Shown here piece by piece: positions 19,446-29,498 of a DNA stretch of 64,000 bases. The stretch covers positions 29,422-93,421 of the forward strand of contig CAZIGK010000007.1 of the NCBI GenBank assembly GCA_964538615.1. The letters run 5' to 3'. The first letter of the stretch is position 1, and the number at the start of each line of letters is the position of its first letter. The position numbers and the translations under genes were made by a program. The notes under the pieces were generated by a model. That model was given only the letters and a program-made list of their open reading frames with translations, was not told where the DNA came from and did not search any database. The DNA is from an uncultured Rickettsiales bacterium. GTDB taxonomy: Bacteria > Pseudomonadota > Alphaproteobacteria > Rickettsiales > RI-342.

Positions 19446-20657
19446 ATGACACATGTTGAAACGTCACATTTTTTTATGCAGGGGAAGCTTTCGCTTATGC
19501 CATTGGCCAGTTATGCGACATCGGTCTATCCCTCCCGCGGGCGATTGTATAAGGAGCCGGAAGGGGGTAACCGTTCGCCTTTCCAGCGTGATCGTGACCG
19601 CATCATTCATTCCACCGCATTTCGGCGGCTGGAATATAAAACACAGGTGTTTGTGAACCACGAGGGGGATCATTTTCGGACCCGTCTGACCCATAGTCTG
19701 GAAGTGGCACAGCTTTCCCGCTCTATTGCGCGGGAATTAAGTGTGGATGAAGATATGGCCGAAGCTTTTGCGCTGGCGCATGATTTGGGGCATACGCCGT
19801 TTGGTCATGCCGGAGAGGACGCGCTGCATGAGGCGATGTTACCTTACGGTGGGTTTGACCATAATGCACAAACACTGCGGGTATTGACCAAGCTGGAGCA
19901 GCGTTATGCCTCCTTTGACGGGCTGAACCTGACATGGGAAACGTTGGAAGGCATTGCCAAGCACAATGGCCCCATGTTGCGTCGTGCGGGGGATGCGGCG
20001 AATCTTCCCCGCGCCATGCAGGAATATAACGCTCAGCATGATTTGCGGCTGGATAGCTGGCCGGGTATTGAAGCGCAAATTTCTGCGCTGGCGGATGATA
20101 TTGCCTACCATAACCATGATCTGGATGATGGCTTGCGCGCTGGCCTTTTTCAGATAGATGATCTGATTGAACTGCCTATTGTTGGGGAAGTCTTCCGTCA
20201 GGTGCGTGCCAGTTACCCCCATGTGGATCGTTCCCGCATGGTGCATGAAGCGACGCGGCGTATCATCAACATTATGGTGAATGATGTGGTAGAGCAAACC
20301 CGTAAACAAATTGATGCGGCTCACATTGAAACCGCAGAGCATGTGCGGGAGGCAGGGGAGGCGACAGTTCGTTTTTCTCCAGAGATGGAGGTGTGTAATA
20401 AAGCCCTGAAAAGCTTTCTTATGCAGCGCATGTACCGTCATTACAAAGTGAACCGCATGACCAGTAAGGCGCGCCGTATTGTGCGGCAATTGTTCGTTTT
20501 ATTTTTGGAAGAGCCAGAATGTCTGCCCCCAGACTGGCGCAAAGGTGCCAAAGGTTCTGCGGAAGCGGCGGTGGGTATTGCCGATTATATTGCCGGCATG
20601 ACGGATCGTTTTGCGATACAGGAACATCGGCGTTTATTTGACATGGACGGGCAGTAA
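19446..20657 (+). CDS. dgt: dGTPase-like deoxyguanosinetriphosphate triphosphohydrolase (HD domain)
   Basis: 403 aa: SPFQRDRDRIIHSTAFRRLEYKTQVF...HFRTRLTHSLEVAQ...AHDLGHTPFGHAGE. ATG 19497 is an alternative start. Confidence 0.9.
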   Translation: MTHVETSHFFMQGKLSLMPLASYATSVYPSRGRLYKEPEGGNRSPFQRDRDRIIHSTAFRRLEYKTQVFVNHEGDHFRTRLTHSLEVAQLSRSIARELSVDEDMAEAFALAHDLGHTPFGHAGEDALHEAMLPYGGFDHNAQTLRVLTKLEQRYASFDGLNLTWETLEGIAKHNGPMLRRAGDAANLPRAMQEYNAQHDLRLDSWPGIEAQISALADDIAYHNHDLDDGLRAGLFQIDDLIELPIVGEVFRQVRASYPHVDRSRMVHEATRRIINIMVNDVVEQTRKQIDAAHIETAEHVREAGEATVRFSPEMEVCNKALKSFLMQRMYRHYKVNRMTSKARRIVRQLFVLFLEEPECLPPDWRKGAKGSAEAAVGIADYIAGMTDRFAIQEHRRLFDMDGQ

Positions 20658-20737
20658 GTGCTATCAGGCTGCTTTTCGCATCCCCGTGAGGTGCGGCTCA
20701 TGATTATAACGCCCATCGCCAGCCGGAGGTAACCGCC

Positions 20738-22492
20738 GTGCATCATCTGTTTCATACTTATCAGTTGCATCTGGAACGTGCGATTGCGGATATTTTGTCT
20801 GAAAACGGGCAGGATATGGCTGTACCAGCGGCGGCTGTGGTGGAGCCTCCGCGTGATGCCGCGCATGGGTGTCTGGCTACCAATGCGGCGATGGTACTGG
20901 CCAAGCCACTGGGATTGAATCCACGGCAAGTGGCGGAACGGTTGCAGCCGAAATTGCAGGATTTTCCGGGGGTGGAGACGGTCGAAATTGCCGGGCCGGG
21001 CTTTATCAACCTGCGTTTGCATCCGGATGTATGGCGTAGAGAATTATTGACCATCACCACCAAAGGCGCAGACTATGGCACCGCTGCCGTGGAGCGGGAT
21101 GAGCGGATTAACGTGGAGTATGTTTCCGCCAACCCAACCGGCCCCATGCATATTGGCCATGCGCGTGGTGCCGTGGTGGGGGATGCACTGGCAAACCTGT
21201 TGCAAAAGGCTGGCTACAAGGTCACCAAGGAATATTACATCAACGATGCCGGAGCGCAGGTGGATGTGCTGGCGCGCTCTGCGCATCTGCGCTACCGTGA
21301 GGCATTGGGCGAGGCGATTGGGGAGATTCCTGCCGGGCTGTATCCGGGAGAGTATCTTATTGCCCCCGCACAGGCGATTGCGCAACAGGATGGTGACCGC
21401 TGGAAACGTGCCCCGGAAGCAGAGTGGCTGCCGTATTTCCGGCAAAAAATGATTGAGGCAATGATGGGCATGATTCGGGAAGATCTACGCGCGCTGGGGG
21501 TTGCGCATGATGTCTTCTCCTCCGAGCAGGCAGTTATTGCCAGCGGAGCGGTGGATAAAGCACTGGCCGCACTGGAAGAAAAAGGCCTTATTTATACAGG
21601 TGTTTTGGAAGCCCCTAAGGGAAAGCCGGTAGAAGACTGGGAGCCAAGACCGCAGTTGTTGTTCCGGGCATCGCAGTTTGGTGATGATACGGATCGGCCA
21701 TTGAAAAAATCTGATGGCAGCTTCACTTATTTCACACCGGATATTGCCTACCACTACGATAAGGCCAACCGTGGCCATGATGTGCTGGTGGATATTCTGG
21801 GGGCGGATCATGGGGGCTACGCCAAACGGATTAAAGCGGCTGTCACGGCCATGACGGATGGTAAAGCCTGCTGCGAGGTGTTGTTGTGTCAGTTGGTGAA
21901 GCTGTTAAAAGGCGGTGAGCCGTATAAAATGTCCAAACGGGCGGGCACGTTTGTCACCTTGCGGGACATGGTGGATGAAGTGGGCAAAGATGTCTTACGC
22001 TTTATGATGCTCACCCGTAAAAATGACGCAGCTTTGGATTTTGATGTGGATAAAGTGAAAGAGCAGTCCCGTGATAATCCGGTATCTTATGTGCAATATG
22101 CGCATGCACGCTGCCATTCCGTTCTGCGTCACGCACAGCAGGAGCATGCCGCAGCCGTTGCCATGGCCGATGCAGCGGATATTAGTTTGTTAGCGCAGTT
22201 GCAGCATGATGATGAAATGCAGCTTATTAAATTGCTGGCCAGTTGGCCGCGACTGGTGGAGCAAGCGGCCACAGCCTTTGAGCCTCACCGTATTGCCTTC
22301 TTTTTGCAGCAGGTGGCGGCCAGTTTCCATGGCTTGTGGAATCGGGGCAATGATCTGGCGGAACTGCGCTTCCTTCAACCGGATAAGCCGGAAGCGACCG
22401 CTGCCCGGCTGGTATTGTTGCAATCGGTTATCGCGGTTATTGTATCTGGCTTACAGGTGATGGGGGTAGAACCTGTGACAGAAATGAAGTAA
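20738..22492 (+). CDS. argS: arginine--tRNA ligase
   Basis: 584 aa: [15 protein letters not shown] (HIGH), KMSKRAG (KMSKS), and a C-terminal DALR anticodon-binding region. GTG start. Confidence 0.95.
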   Translation: MHHLFHTYQLHLERAIADILSENGQDMAVPAAAVVEPPRDAAHGCLATNAAMVLAKPLGLNPRQVAERLQPKLQDFPGVETVEIAGPGFINLRLHPDVWRRELLTITTKGADYGTAAVERDERINVEYVSANPTGPMHIGHARGAVVGDALANLLQKAGYKVTKEYYINDAGAQVDVLARSAHLRYREALGEAIGEIPAGLYPGEYLIAPAQAIAQQDGDRWKRAPEAEWLPYFRQKMIEAMMGMIREDLRALGVAHDVFSSEQAVIASGAVDKALAALEEKGLIYTGVLEAPKGKPVEDWEPRPQLLFRASQFGDDTDRPLKKSDGSFTYFTPDIAYHYDKANRGHDVLVDILGADHGGYAKRIKAAVTAMTDGKACCEVLLCQLVKLLKGGEPYKMSKRAGTFVTLRDMVDEVGKDVLRFMMLTRKNDAALDFDVDKVKEQSRDNPVSYVQYAHARCHSVLRHAQQEHAAAVAMADAADISLLAQLQHDDEMQLIKLLASWPRLVEQAATAFEPHRIAFFLQQVAASFHGLWNRGNDLAELRFLQPDKPEATAARLVLLQSVIAVIVSGLQVMGVEPVTEMK

Positions 22493-22530
22493 GAGATGAG
22501 ATAGGATGAGAGGTTCCCCCACGGAACCGT

Positions 22531-23592
22531 TTGCGCATTACCCAGTCAGAGCCTGAAGACGCTATGCTTTATCATGATGAACAGCCGGAAGTAATCCGTC
22601 AGCATTATCAGCAGGATGATGGTCATCACACCATCAATCTCCGTCGTCTGGCGTTTTTTGGCGGATTGATTATTATCTGTCTGTTTGTTGGGTTGTCGTG
22701 GTATGCCTATCAGGAAGGGAAGGGAAGCACCCTTCCGGAAGATGCGCCGTTGGTGAAAGCGCCGGAAGAGCCGTTTCGCGTGAAGCCGGAAAATCCTGGC
22801 GGCATGGAAATACCGCACCGGGATAAAACGATTTATCAGGCGATGGACGATGACCCATCTGCTGATTTACCCCGTGTGGAAGCCCTTTTGCCGGAGCCGG
22901 AAGAACCGGTGCAGGTAGAAAAAGCGGATCGCAAATTGATTGAAAGCCGCATGGACGTGATGAAACAGCGGGACGAAAAACCCCGCAAAGTGGAAAAAAT
23001 ATTGGACGATACCACAGCACGCGAGCGGCAGAAAAAAGCGTCGCCGGAACTGCGGGCGGTGATGGAGTCCCTCAAGCCAGCGTTAGCGACGGATGTGGGA
23101 TCGGCCTCGGAGCCTGCTGTGACCGTTGGAGCGAAGAATGTGCCGACGACGAAGCCTGCGGCAGAGGCTGTTGCGGAAGCAAAAACCGCCGTAAAGCCGC
23201 CGTTACCTGTAGATGCTCTGAAGCCACAGCCAAAAGCACCTGATTCTGTCGCGCCTTCTGTTCCGGTACAGGCACCCAAGCCATCTGCGCCATTGCCACC
23301 TGCTTCCATGGTAAAAACCAGTACACCGGAAGAAGCGAAAGCCACACCGGGGCATCGGGTACAGCTTGGCGCATTTCGTAGTCGGGAAGACGCACTGGAT
23401 GCATGGAATAAAGCGCAAGCTCGTCATAAGATATTAACTGATAAGCAATATACCGTAGAACGAGCTGACCTTGGAGCCAAAGGGATCTTTTTCCGCCTGC
23501 AGGTGGTGCCCATGAAGTCTGAGGGGGAAGCTAAATCGGTCTGTGAGCAATTATCCGCGCAAAAGCAGGGGTGTTTCGTTGTCAAACGCTAA
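22531..23592 (+). CDS. SPOR domain-containing membrane protein
   Basis: One TM segment (FFGGLIIICLFVGLSWYAY), a Pro/Ala/Lys-rich linker, and a C-terminal SPOR domain (HRVQLGAFRSREDALDAWNK...FFRLQVVPMKSEGEAKSVCEQL). ATG 22564 is an alternative start. Confidence 0.8.
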   Translation: MRITQSEPEDAMLYHDEQPEVIRQHYQQDDGHHTINLRRLAFFGGLIIICLFVGLSWYAYQEGKGSTLPEDAPLVKAPEEPFRVKPENPGGMEIPHRDKTIYQAMDDDPSADLPRVEALLPEPEEPVQVEKADRKLIESRMDVMKQRDEKPRKVEKILDDTTARERQKKASPELRAVMESLKPALATDVGSASEPAVTVGAKNVPTTKPAAEAVAEAKTAVKPPLPVDALKPQPKAPDSVAPSVPVQAPKPSAPLPPASMVKTSTPEEAKATPGHRVQLGAFRSREDALDAWNKAQARHKILTDKQYTVERADLGAKGIFFRLQVVPMKSEGEAKSVCEQLSAQKQGCFVVKR

Positions 23593-24622
23593 TTCTTTTT
23601 CTTCCGTTTCTCCCGTTATTTTCGGCTGTGGTGGTACCCACCTCAACGCGGAAGAGCGTGCATTCTTTCGGGATGTGAATCCATACGGGTTTATTCTATT
23701 TGCCCGCAACTGCCAAAGCCCAGAGCAGATTAGGGCTTTGGTGCAGGAAATGCGTCAGGTCACCGGGCGTGAGGATACGCCCGTTCTGATTGATCAGGAA
23801 GGTGGCCGGGTAGCGCGGCTGCGCCCTCCACACTGGCGGGAGCATCCTCCCGCAGGGGTGCTAGCCGCATTGGCACGGCAGGATATGCAGCGGGCGGAAG
23901 ATGCGGTCTATTGCAATGCACGCCTGATTGCGCATGACCTGCACACGCTTGGCATTAATGTTGATTGCGCCCCCTTGCTGGATGTCCCCGCACTGAATGC
24001 GCATCATATTATTGGTGATCGAGCCTTTGGGGATGAGGTGGATACTATTGTGCGGCTTGGGCGCGCCATGGCGCAAGGTCTGATGGATGGCGGTATTTAC
24101 CCCGTGATTAAGCATATTCCGGGACATGGGCGTGCTCTGGTGGATAGCCATGAAGAGCTGCCGACCGTCACCGCCAGCCGTGAGGAACTGGAACGGGTGG
24201 ATTTTGAACCTTTCCGTCAGTTGGCGCATATGCCCTACGCGATGACTGCCCATGTGTTGTACACGGCGCTGGATGACAAGGCGCTGGCGACTGTCTCGCC
24301 GTATGTGGTGGAAGAGGTCATCCGTCGTCAGATTGGGTTTGAAGGATTGTTGATGTCGGATGATCTTTCCATGAAAGCTCTGGGTGGTGATTTTGCGGAT
24401 CGTACCCGTCGGACATTGCAGGCTGGGTGTGATCTGGTATTGCACTGCAACGGCGACTGGCAGGAAATGCAGGCCATAGCAAGTGCCCTCAGCCCCATGT
24501 CCGCTGCATGTCAGCGGCGGGTAGAGCAGGTACGGGCCTTGGCACTACAGGCTAAGCCGTTGAATGTCGCCGAGGCGGAAGCACGTTTGCAGCAGGATGT
24601 GGCTGCCAGTCTGGCAGCGTAG
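23543..24622 (+). CDS. nagZ: beta-N-acetylhexosaminidase NagZ
   Basis: GFILFARN...VLIDQEGGRVARL...IGDRAFG...KHIPGHG family motifs. The start is uncertain: GTG 23543, or TTG 23579 overlapping the SPOR gene stop. Confidence 0.85.
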   Translation: MSNYPRKSRGVSLSNANSFSSVSPVIFGCGGTHLNAEERAFFRDVNPYGFILFARNCQSPEQIRALVQEMRQVTGREDTPVLIDQEGGRVARLRPPHWREHPPAGVLAALARQDMQRAEDAVYCNARLIAHDLHTLGINVDCAPLLDVPALNAHHIIGDRAFGDEVDTIVRLGRAMAQGLMDGGIYPVIKHIPGHGRALVDSHEELPTVTASREELERVDFEPFRQLAHMPYAMTAHVLYTALDDKALATVSPYVVEEVIRRQIGFEGLLMSDDLSMKALGGDFADRTRRTLQAGCDLVLHCNGDWQEMQAIASALSPMSAACQRRVEQVRALALQAKPLNVAEAEARLQQDVAASLAA

Positions 24623-24652
24623 CGGATTAATGTATATCAAAAGGAGTACTCC

Positions 24653-24829
24653 ATGGGACCAAGTTGGATTCAGATACTCATTGTGGTGGCGGTGTTCCTG
24701 CTGTTGTTTGGTGGTGGGCGCATTCCCCGGTTGATGCGGGATATGGGTTCCGGCATCCGCCATTTTAAAGAAGGTTTGAAAGGGGATCAGGAAGAGCCGC
24801 AAAAACTGGAAAAGCCGGAAGAGAAGTAA
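24653..24829 (+). CDS. tatA: twin-arginine translocase subunit TatA
   Basis: 58 aa, below the ORF-track cutoff, found by manual translation: [58 protein letters not shown]. An AAGGAG RBS lies 7 nt upstream. Confidence 0.9.
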   Translation: MGPSWIQILIVVAVFLLLFGGGRIPRLMRDMGSGIRHFKEGLKGDQEEPQKLEKPEEK

Positions 24830-24911
24830 GATCGTTTCTTCTATTCGCACAGGATGACGGAGACGGTTCGAGCGGCATATCCGGCGTGCCAAACAAGGTT
24901 ATGGAAACGCA

Positions 24912-25262
24912 ATGTTTGATTTATCCTTTGCGGAATTGATGGTCGTGGCGGTGGTGGCACTGGTGGTAATAGGCCCAGAAGAATTACCGGGTTTATTGCG
25001 GCAATGGGGGCGCTTTGTTGGCGCAGCACGCAGGCATTGGCGGGATATCTGGCAAGAGCTGGAGGCAGAGGCACCTCCGCCCGGTAAAGTGCAGGGAGAT
25101 GATGGTCAATGGTATGAATCCTATGGGGTGGAAATACTGGAAGATATTGCTCCGACACCAGAGCCTCTGCCGATGGTGGAAATGGCAAAGTCATCCATAA
25201 CAAAGGATGGGCAGGCTGCCATGCAGGAACAAACGTTCCATGAAAAAAAGCGAAACAATTGA
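24912..25262 (+). CDS. tatB: twin-arginine translocase subunit TatB
   Basis: 116 aa: MFDLSFAELMVVAVVALVVIGPEELPGLLRQWGRFVGAARR. Confidence 0.85.
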   Translation: MFDLSFAELMVVAVVALVVIGPEELPGLLRQWGRFVGAARRHWRDIWQELEAEAPPPGKVQGDDGQWYESYGVEILEDIAPTPEPLPMVEMAKSSITKDGQAAMQEQTFHEKKRNN

Positions 25263-25383
25263 CGCAAGCCTCTGGAATAACAACAGCCTTTTTTTTGCGG
25301 TCGATGGAGTGTATGAAAATGCGCTAGACATGTGCTGATTTCCCCTTATGGTATGCTAACGATTTTTTAACCGTATGCCATAG

Positions 25384-26442
25384 ATGTGGGGGCAGTCCAT
25401 GCAGAGAAAACTAGCACTGGTAGGTCAGACGGCGCTGCGGGTATGTTCTGTCCTGTCGTTGTTACTGGTTCTGGCCTGTGCACAAACCGCCGCACAAACG
25501 GCTGCCAGCCCCAGCCCGCTTCAGGCGGAAGTGCCTGCAAGTTTTCCACAGGCGTGGAAAGCAGGTCTGCGCGTGGATGCCATTGCGGCCGGGGTACGCC
25601 CGGAGGTGGTGGATGCAGCTTTGGCCAGCCTGACTCCCATTCAGCGAGCCGTCAAGCTGGATCGGGCGCAGCCAGAAGTGACATTCACCTTTGAAGAATA
25701 TCTGGCACGTGTGGTCACTAAGCAGCGTATCCAGACTGGGCGGCAGATGATGCGCCAGCACAAAACCCTGCTGGATAACGTTGCGAAGACGTATGGAGTG
25801 CAGCCACGCTTTATTGTGGCGCTATGGGGTATAGAAACGGCCTATGGCAAAATCACGGGTAATTTTGCCATTACGGACGTGTTGGCAACGCTGGCCTATG
25901 AGGGGCGGCGTGCGGAGTTTTTCCGCAGTGAATTCGTAAATGCCCTGAAAATGGTGGATGCCGGGCATATCCGCCTGAGCGATATGAAAGGATCCTGGGC
26001 GGGCGCCATGGGGCAATGCCAGTTTATGCCGTCCAGTTACCTGAATTTCGCGCAGGATTTCAATGGCGACGGGCGGAAGGATATCTGGGGTAATCAGGCG
26101 GATGTTTTTGCCTCTATTGCCAATTACCTGAAGCAATCCGGCTGGAGTGATGAACAAACCTGGGGCAGGGTTGTGAAGCTGCCCGCCCATTTCCCCATGC
26201 AACAGCAAGGGCGTGAAATGAAAAAAACACTGGCAGAGTGGAACGCTATGGGGGTGCGTATGGCCAATGGACAGCCGTTGCCGAACCGTCCGGGGTTGAA
26301 AGCTTCGATTGTCGTGCCGGATGATGGCAGCACCGCTTACCTTACCTACGGCAATTTTGATGTGTTGATGCGCTGGAACCGTTCGCTACGCTTTGCCGTA
26401 TCGGTCGGTATGGTGGCGGATGCCATTGGCTATGGTGACTAA
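25384..26442 (+). CDS. lytic murein transglycosylase (MltB/SLT_2 family)
   Basis: Signal peptide, then FIVALWGIETAYG...LATLAYEGRR...GSWAGAMGQCQFMPSSY...DFNGDGRKDIW. ATG 25399 is an alternative start. Confidence 0.85.
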   Translation: MWGQSMQRKLALVGQTALRVCSVLSLLLVLACAQTAAQTAASPSPLQAEVPASFPQAWKAGLRVDAIAAGVRPEVVDAALASLTPIQRAVKLDRAQPEVTFTFEEYLARVVTKQRIQTGRQMMRQHKTLLDNVAKTYGVQPRFIVALWGIETAYGKITGNFAITDVLATLAYEGRRAEFFRSEFVNALKMVDAGHIRLSDMKGSWAGAMGQCQFMPSSYLNFAQDFNGDGRKDIWGNQADVFASIANYLKQSGWSDEQTWGRVVKLPAHFPMQQQGREMKKTLAEWNAMGVRMANGQPLPNRPGLKASIVVPDDGSTAYLTYGNFDVLMRWNRSLRFAVSVGMVADAIGYGD

Positions 26443-26468
26443 AGAGAAAAACAGGGAGAACCAGAAAC

Positions 26469-27584
26469 ATGATGCGTCGTTTTTGGGTATTGAGTTTGTT
26501 GATGATTCTGACCGCCTGTGCAGGCGACAAGGTCACGTATGCATCCGGTAAATCCCGGCAGGCAGCACTGGAGCGGCTGGAACAACAGCGCCGTATGTAT
26601 AATATTCCGCGCTATGTGAAATTGGGCATGCCCTATGAGGTGGCAGGTCGCTGGTATGAGCCGGGGTATCAGAAAAATTATGACCAGACAGGGGTTGCAT
26701 CCTGGTATGGACCGGGCTTTCATGGCAAAAATACCGCCAATGGTGAGGAGTATGACCAATATGCCCTGACAGCGGCGCATCCATCCCTGCCTTTGCCCAG
26801 CATGGTTAGAGTCACCAATTTACAAAACGGGCGTAGCCTGATTGTAAGAGTCAACGACCGTGGGCCTTTCTCGAAAAGCCGGGTGATTGATGTTTCGGAG
26901 CGGGCCGCACGTATTTTGGGTATTTATGGTCCTGGAACCGCCAAAGTACGGGTGAAGTATCTGGATAATGAAACCCGTGAACTGTGGGCGCTGATGGAAG
27001 AAACTGGTGAGCCGATTGAAGCGCACGATAGCTGGATGGCGCAACAGGAAGCGAGAGAAAAAGCCAGTAGCGTTGCATCTGTCTCCTCGCAACCAGAAAA
27101 AAGAGATTCGGCTTCCGATGCAGGTATGGCCTGGCAGGGAGAAGTGCCGGATGATATGCCACCTGTGGAAATGGCCGCCAAAGAACCCGCTCCGGATTCT
27201 TTGTTAGCCAAAGAGACCGTGCCAAGGCCACTGGTAAATGAAGCAGACCTGCCATCGGCTTATGCTCCTGAGGAAGAGGCGGCAAGGTTGGATGAGGTAT
27301 CGCCTGCATCAGGAGGGCGGGTGGCTAATACATCCCCTCCCACCCCTATCGTGAAAAGCGGGCGTTTCTTGCAGACTGGGGCGTTCTCCAGTTACGAAAA
27401 TGCCAGCAAAATGGCAGATCAACTGGCGGATTTTGGGGGGGTGATTATCTCGCCCGCGCAGAGGGGTAGCAATACTCTCTACCGGGTGAGAGTTGGGCCG
27501 CTCGCGGATGCTTCCACGCAGGATATGGTGCGGGAGCAGCTTTTGCAGCGTGGGCATCAGGCTGTGCCCGTGACTGAACGGTAA
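26469..27584 (+). CDS. rlpA: septal ring lytic transglycosylase RlpA family lipoprotein with C-terminal SPOR domain
   Basis: Lipobox LLMILTAC; DPBB domain GVASWYGPGFHGKNTANGEEYD...TAAHPSLPLPSMVRVTNL.NGRSLIVRVNDRGPF; C-terminal SPOR (FLQTGAFSSYENASKMADQL...LYRVRVGPL). Confidence 0.9.
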   Translation: MMRRFWVLSLLMILTACAGDKVTYASGKSRQAALERLEQQRRMYNIPRYVKLGMPYEVAGRWYEPGYQKNYDQTGVASWYGPGFHGKNTANGEEYDQYALTAAHPSLPLPSMVRVTNLQNGRSLIVRVNDRGPFSKSRVIDVSERAARILGIYGPGTAKVRVKYLDNETRELWALMEETGEPIEAHDSWMAQQEAREKASSVASVSSQPEKRDSASDAGMAWQGEVPDDMPPVEMAAKEPAPDSLLAKETVPRPLVNEADLPSAYAPEEEAARLDEVSPASGGRVANTSPPTPIVKSGRFLQTGAFSSYENASKMADQLADFGGVIISPAQRGSNTLYRVRVGPLADASTQDMVREQLLQRGHQAVPVTER

Positions 27585-27643
27585 AAGCCGCTTTAGACGA
27601 AACCTGTCAATGCTTGAATGTTAAATACGGAGAATAATGGCTT

Positions 27644-28843
27644 ATGATGCAGCGACGGATGGCTTATCCTCTGTTGGTTTGGATGTGCGTGTTCTCTCTG
27701 GGCGTTCTGCCTACGGTTGCACATGCCGTGAACACAGCCGCAAAACAGGCCTATGTGTATGATATGTCAACCGATACGGTGCTGTTTGAAAAAAGTGCCC
27801 ATGAGCGTATGACGCCATCGTCCATGAGCAAGTTGATGACGTTGTATGTGGTGTTTGACCTGATTAAGCAAGGGCGCTTTAAGCTGGAAGACAGTTTTCC
27901 GGTCAGTGAAAAAGCGTGGCGTATGGGTGGGTCCAAGATGTTTGTGCAGGTGGGATCCGAAGTCAGCATTGAAGACCTGCTGATGGGCGTGATTGTGCAA
28001 TCCGGTAACGATGCCTGTATTGTGCTGGCAGAAGGGGTCAGTGGTACGGAAGAAGCGTTTGCGGCAGAAATGAATAAAATGGCAGAGAAGTTGGGGTTGG
28101 AGCATAGCCACTTCGTCAATGCCAGTGGCTTCCCCGACGCGCAGCATTATATGTCTGCACGGGATTTAGGGGTGCTGTCGGTACGGCTGATTGAAGATTT
28201 CCCTAACTTCTATCCATTGTTCAAAGAAGAAGTTTACACATACTCTGGCATTAAGCAGCATAACCGTAATGTATTGCTGGGTGGGCCGTTGCATGTGGAT
28301 GGCCTGAAAACCGGCCATACGGAAGATGGTGGCTATGGTATTGTGGTATCTGCGGAGGAAAAAGACCGCCGTTTGGTGGTGGTAGTCAATGGCCTGTCGT
28401 CTATGAAAGAGCGCGCAAACGAGGCTGACCAATTGCTGAAATGGGGTTTTCACCAGTTTGACCGTTACGATATCGCCAAGCCGGGAGATGTGTTGGCGGA
28501 AGCGGATGTCTGGATGGGGAAAAAGCCAAAAGTGGCGCTGACACCGGAGAAACCGCTGGTGTTGACCATTCAACGCACGGAAAAAGATGCTGTTAAATTG
28601 GCAGTTCGGTATGATACGCCGGTGCAGGCTCCGATTGTAAAGGGACAAAAGCTGGGTGAACTGGTGATTCGTCAACCAGAAGTGCCAGAGCGTACAGTGC
28701 CTCTGTTGGCGGCGGAAGATGTACCGGAATTGACGGGCATGGGGCGCCTGCTACCTACGTTAAAAGCCCTGTGGCTGAAGCAGGAACCGGATGCCAAAAC
28801 GCAGGAATCGTCTTTGGAGCCTGTGGCGAAGGATGCACCCTAA
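27644..28843 (+). CDS. D-alanyl-D-alanine carboxypeptidase (PBP5/6 family, peptidase S11)
   Basis: Signal peptide; SMSKLMT (SxxK), SGND and KTGHT motifs; C-terminal PBP5_C-like domain. Confidence 0.9.
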   Translation: MMQRRMAYPLLVWMCVFSLGVLPTVAHAVNTAAKQAYVYDMSTDTVLFEKSAHERMTPSSMSKLMTLYVVFDLIKQGRFKLEDSFPVSEKAWRMGGSKMFVQVGSEVSIEDLLMGVIVQSGNDACIVLAEGVSGTEEAFAAEMNKMAEKLGLEHSHFVNASGFPDAQHYMSARDLGVLSVRLIEDFPNFYPLFKEEVYTYSGIKQHNRNVLLGGPLHVDGLKTGHTEDGGYGIVVSAEEKDRRLVVVVNGLSSMKERANEADQLLKWGFHQFDRYDIAKPGDVLAEADVWMGKKPKVALTPEKPLVLTIQRTEKDAVKLAVRYDTPVQAPIVKGQKLGELVIRQPEVPERTVPLLAAEDVPELTGMGRLLPTLKALWLKQEPDAKTQESSLEPVAKDAP

Positions 28844-28847
28844 CCCC

Positions 28848-29498
28848 ATGGCACGTGCTTGTTTCATTACGCTGGAAGGAGGAGAGGGCACAGGCAAAAG
28901 CACCCAAGCGGCCCGCCTGCAACAGCGGTTGCAAGCCTGTGGCCTATCGGTGCTGCGCACCCGCGAACCGGGTGGAACCCCTTTGGCAGAAGCGGTACGC
29001 AACCTGTTATTAAATGCGGATTTTGCACCGGATGCCCTGACCGAGGTGGCGTTGTTTATGGCGGCGCGGCGTGACCATGTGCAGCAGATCATTCAACCGG
29101 CATTGGCGCGGGGGCAATGGGTCATTTGTGACCGGTTTGAAGATTCTACCCTTGCGTATCAGGCGCATGCGCGCGGCATGGGGGAGGCCTTTGTTGAGCA
29201 GGGCTATCGCTGGCTGATGGGAAGTTTTATACCGGATGCTACCCTGATTCTGGATATGCCGGTAGAGACCGCTCTGGCGCGTGCGCGGGCTGCCAAGCAG
29301 GAGTTTGCCGCCGGGGATCGTTTCGAGCAGGAGGCGTTGGCGTTTCACCAGCGATTACAACAAGCTTTCCGGCAGATTGCAGCGCGAGAACCTGCGCGTT
29401 GTGCGGTGATTGATGCGGAAGGTTGTGAGGATGCCGTGCATGAGCGCCTGTGGCAGGCACTTGTTCAACGGGTGGAGATGCCCTGTGGCACCGCGTAA
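28848..29498 (+). CDS. tmk: dTMP kinase
   Basis: The track ORF starts at 28791, inside the previous gene. ATG 28848 gives MARACFITLEGGEGTGKSTQ (P-loop). TREPGGT and DRF motifs are present. Confidence 0.9.
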   Translation: MARACFITLEGGEGTGKSTQAARLQQRLQACGLSVLRTREPGGTPLAEAVRNLLLNADFAPDALTEVALFMAARRDHVQQIIQPALARGQWVICDRFEDSTLAYQAHARGMGEAFVEQGYRWLMGSFIPDATLILDMPVETALARARAAKQEFAAGDRFEQEALAFHQRLQQAFRQIAAREPARCAVIDAEGCEDAVHERLWQALVQRVEMPCGTA

